From a virus (taxonomy: Duplodnaviria; Caudoviricetes), in the IMG/VR virus record IMGVR_UViG_3300037483_000177, positions 1 to 36,053 of that record: a stretch of 36,053 nt of DNA, one strand, 5' to 3'. The notes under the pieces are model-generated. The model had not been told where the DNA came from. It was given only the letters and a program-made list of their open reading frames with translations, and did not search any database. The position numbers were made by a program, and so were the translations under genes. Below are positions 35,301 to 36,053 of this stretch, one piece after another (the first letter of the stretch is position 1; every line of letters starts with the position of its first letter).

Positions 35301-36053
35301 CGGCTACAGTTCGGCGACGACGGCGACCGTGGTGGATGATAACGGCTCCGGTGCAGGTGTAAACGCCGCCCTGACTCTGACCATCGCTGGCGGTGTGATT
35401 ACGGGTGTCGCGGTTTCGGTGGCTGGAACCGGATACGTCAATCCAGTTGTGGTCATCGATGATCCTGCTGGATCGGCTGGCGGCTCCGGTGCCACGATTT
35501 CGGTGACGTTGGATAATACGGCGACGTTCACGGCTTCGGCGTCTGTTTTCGCGGCTGGAAACGTCGGCGACATCATCAGGACCGGAGGCGGTGTCGCCAC
35601 GATTACGGCATATACCAGCGGCACCGAAGTCGATGCCAACATCACGGTTCCGATTATCGACTTGATCCCGAATACGACAACTCCGGCCCCGCAGATTGAG
35701 GGGCAGTGGACGATGACGGAACCTGTCTCCACGGTGAGCGGGTTAAATCATTTGATCGGGGCCACGGTGACAGGGCTGGCCGATGGGGTTGTTATTGATC
35801 CCGTAGTGGTTCCAGCAACAGGCACGATTACGTTACCACAGGCCAGCACTTCGGTCGTGGTCGGGCTGCCGTTCACGGCGCAGATGCAGAGCGTCTATCT
35901 GAACGCCGGAGATTCGCCAACCGTCCAAGGACAGCGCAAGAAACTTCCCGCCGCCACGGTTCGGGTGCAGGCCAGCGCCGGATTCAAGATCGGGGCGAAC
36001 CAGCCCGACGGTGCGGCGCAGAGTCCGATACAGGTTGCCCCGGAATGGAACGA
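32359..36053 (+). CDS. tail nozzle / tail tubular B-like protein with inserted beta-rich domains (runs off the right edge)
   Basis: Hand translation MSVPKIQNAFTLGEVSPTLYGRTDL...GG...RPGTKFV, LEFG..YMR, YPGAV.YFQQR, GWTRHDT, TVQGQRK; frame checked at the start and near the end. Confidence 0.88.
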   Translation, partial: MSVPKIQNAFTLGEVSPTLYGRTDLARMSVAASTARNMFIRYQGGLSSRPGTKFVGFSKQTGRAYPPRIITFQYSASEGFVLEFGNSYMRVISAGEYVTEAALSISGITNADPGVVSSSGSGVTAATPIVTGVVTAYAPGDLIAVAGGTYLTQAILDVTNTKLVSLLLNASGTGYVPADTINLSGGTTTTTPVMTVSTTKVSAVPTVAAAGAAGTPGAATVTGTTGTGTKFQATVTISGAGAISSVDALTVAGSYTVNPTTLANEPVTGGGLAGAQLSIVMGVNTFAITNAGVFTANPSGGALTQGSTSGAGAGATFQQAILGPNAVTIDTPGVYSVVPSNPAAQASSTGSGTGATFTLTTASVGAFSDGDWVYLSGVAGMTEVNGQTYVVANAGATSFELNDVYGNTIDTSGFGVYSSGGTVARIYTVSAPYAEQDLEFLKFSQSRNTMSLCCINQDTGTEYIPYDLTRVSNTDWQFVALDTAPSVSAPTALSGTASSAGSTNYAYQVTSVSSTDGSESSASDTAYIGSAVNITATAGNITLTWTPQSGISQYMVYKATPQFSTNPPVGALFGFAGYAFGAQFIDSNITADFTQVPPLAKNPFSPGRILGASTVNQGSGYTTATVTINTATGSGAELDPVIVSGGVVAFILVTEGSGYADTDTVTIGGDGVGATAVLEIGEQSGTYPGAVTYFQQRRVYASTINEPDTYFMSQPGAFKNFDSRIPTIDSDAIIGSPWSLQVNGIQWMIPMPGGLVVMTGASAWQLTGNGGSSLTPQSITPSGQQAQQQAFNGVYVHVPPLRVENDIIYVQASGSIYRNLSYEIYSNIYTGRDLTLNSSHLFNGYFMRENAWAEEPYKLVWAVREDGILLSLTFVKSDEVAGWTRHDTLGYFKSVCTVVQPPAEHHGGTDFTYFACWRPIGDNEAYTVELMNDRQWDTLDDVWAVDCGLALTQTEPAATLTVSSATGLGAIDTATVDAGGTGYSSATTATVVDDNGSGAGVNAALTLTIAGGVITGVAVSVAGTGYVNPVVVIDDPAGSAGGSGATISVTLDNTATFTASASVFAAGNVGDIIRTGGGVATITAYTSGTEVDANITVPIIDLIPNTTTPAPQIEGQWTMTEPVSTVSGLNHLIGATVTGLADGVVIDPVVVPATGTITLPQASTSVVVGLPFTAQMQSVYLNAGDSPTVQGQRKKLPAATVRVQASAGFKIGANQPDGAAQSPIQVAPEWN

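Overview
The window is a contiguous piece of a dsDNA tailed phage or prophage with a podovirus-type, BPP-1/T7-like virion module. A GcrA homologue, a lone TSCPD-domain gene and alphaproteobacterial-style XRE proteins point to an alphaproteobacterial host. 1-6386 is a leftward early/accessory arm: a QL[WGR][GD] tandem-repeat protein, a DnaA-C-type HTH, an ASCH-like protein, a SpoU/TrmH-family RNA methylase and two XRE paralogues. A large imperfect inverted repeat (~6486-6706) separates it from the rightward arm. That arm holds terS, a reverse-oriented cassette with a beta-clamp-like gene, a non-coding repeat region, DUF4326, a C5 DNA methylase with an overprinted second subunit, terL, TSCPD, tRNA-Gly(TCC) and the portal. 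Next is a reverse island (excisionase-like HTH, two tRNA-like structured elements, gcrA). The rest is scaffold, major capsid, cement, small virion genes, an O-antigen-ligase-like membrane enzyme, KTSC, staple, fibres, three paralogous adaptor/ring genes and a long nozzle gene running off the right end. Top observations: (1) several virion-module proteins carry Sec-type signal peptides next to an O-antigen-ligase/oligosaccharyltransferase-like gene; (2) a C-terminal LHD[N/H]PRS peptide is shared by the scaffold and two small basic proteins (candidate capsid-loading tag); (3) tandem tRNA-like RNAs lie upstream of gcrA; (4) a GGTT[G/T]A-N7-CACCAT motif occurs four times upstream of leftward clusters. 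All family calls come from motif recognition by eye, not from database searches.
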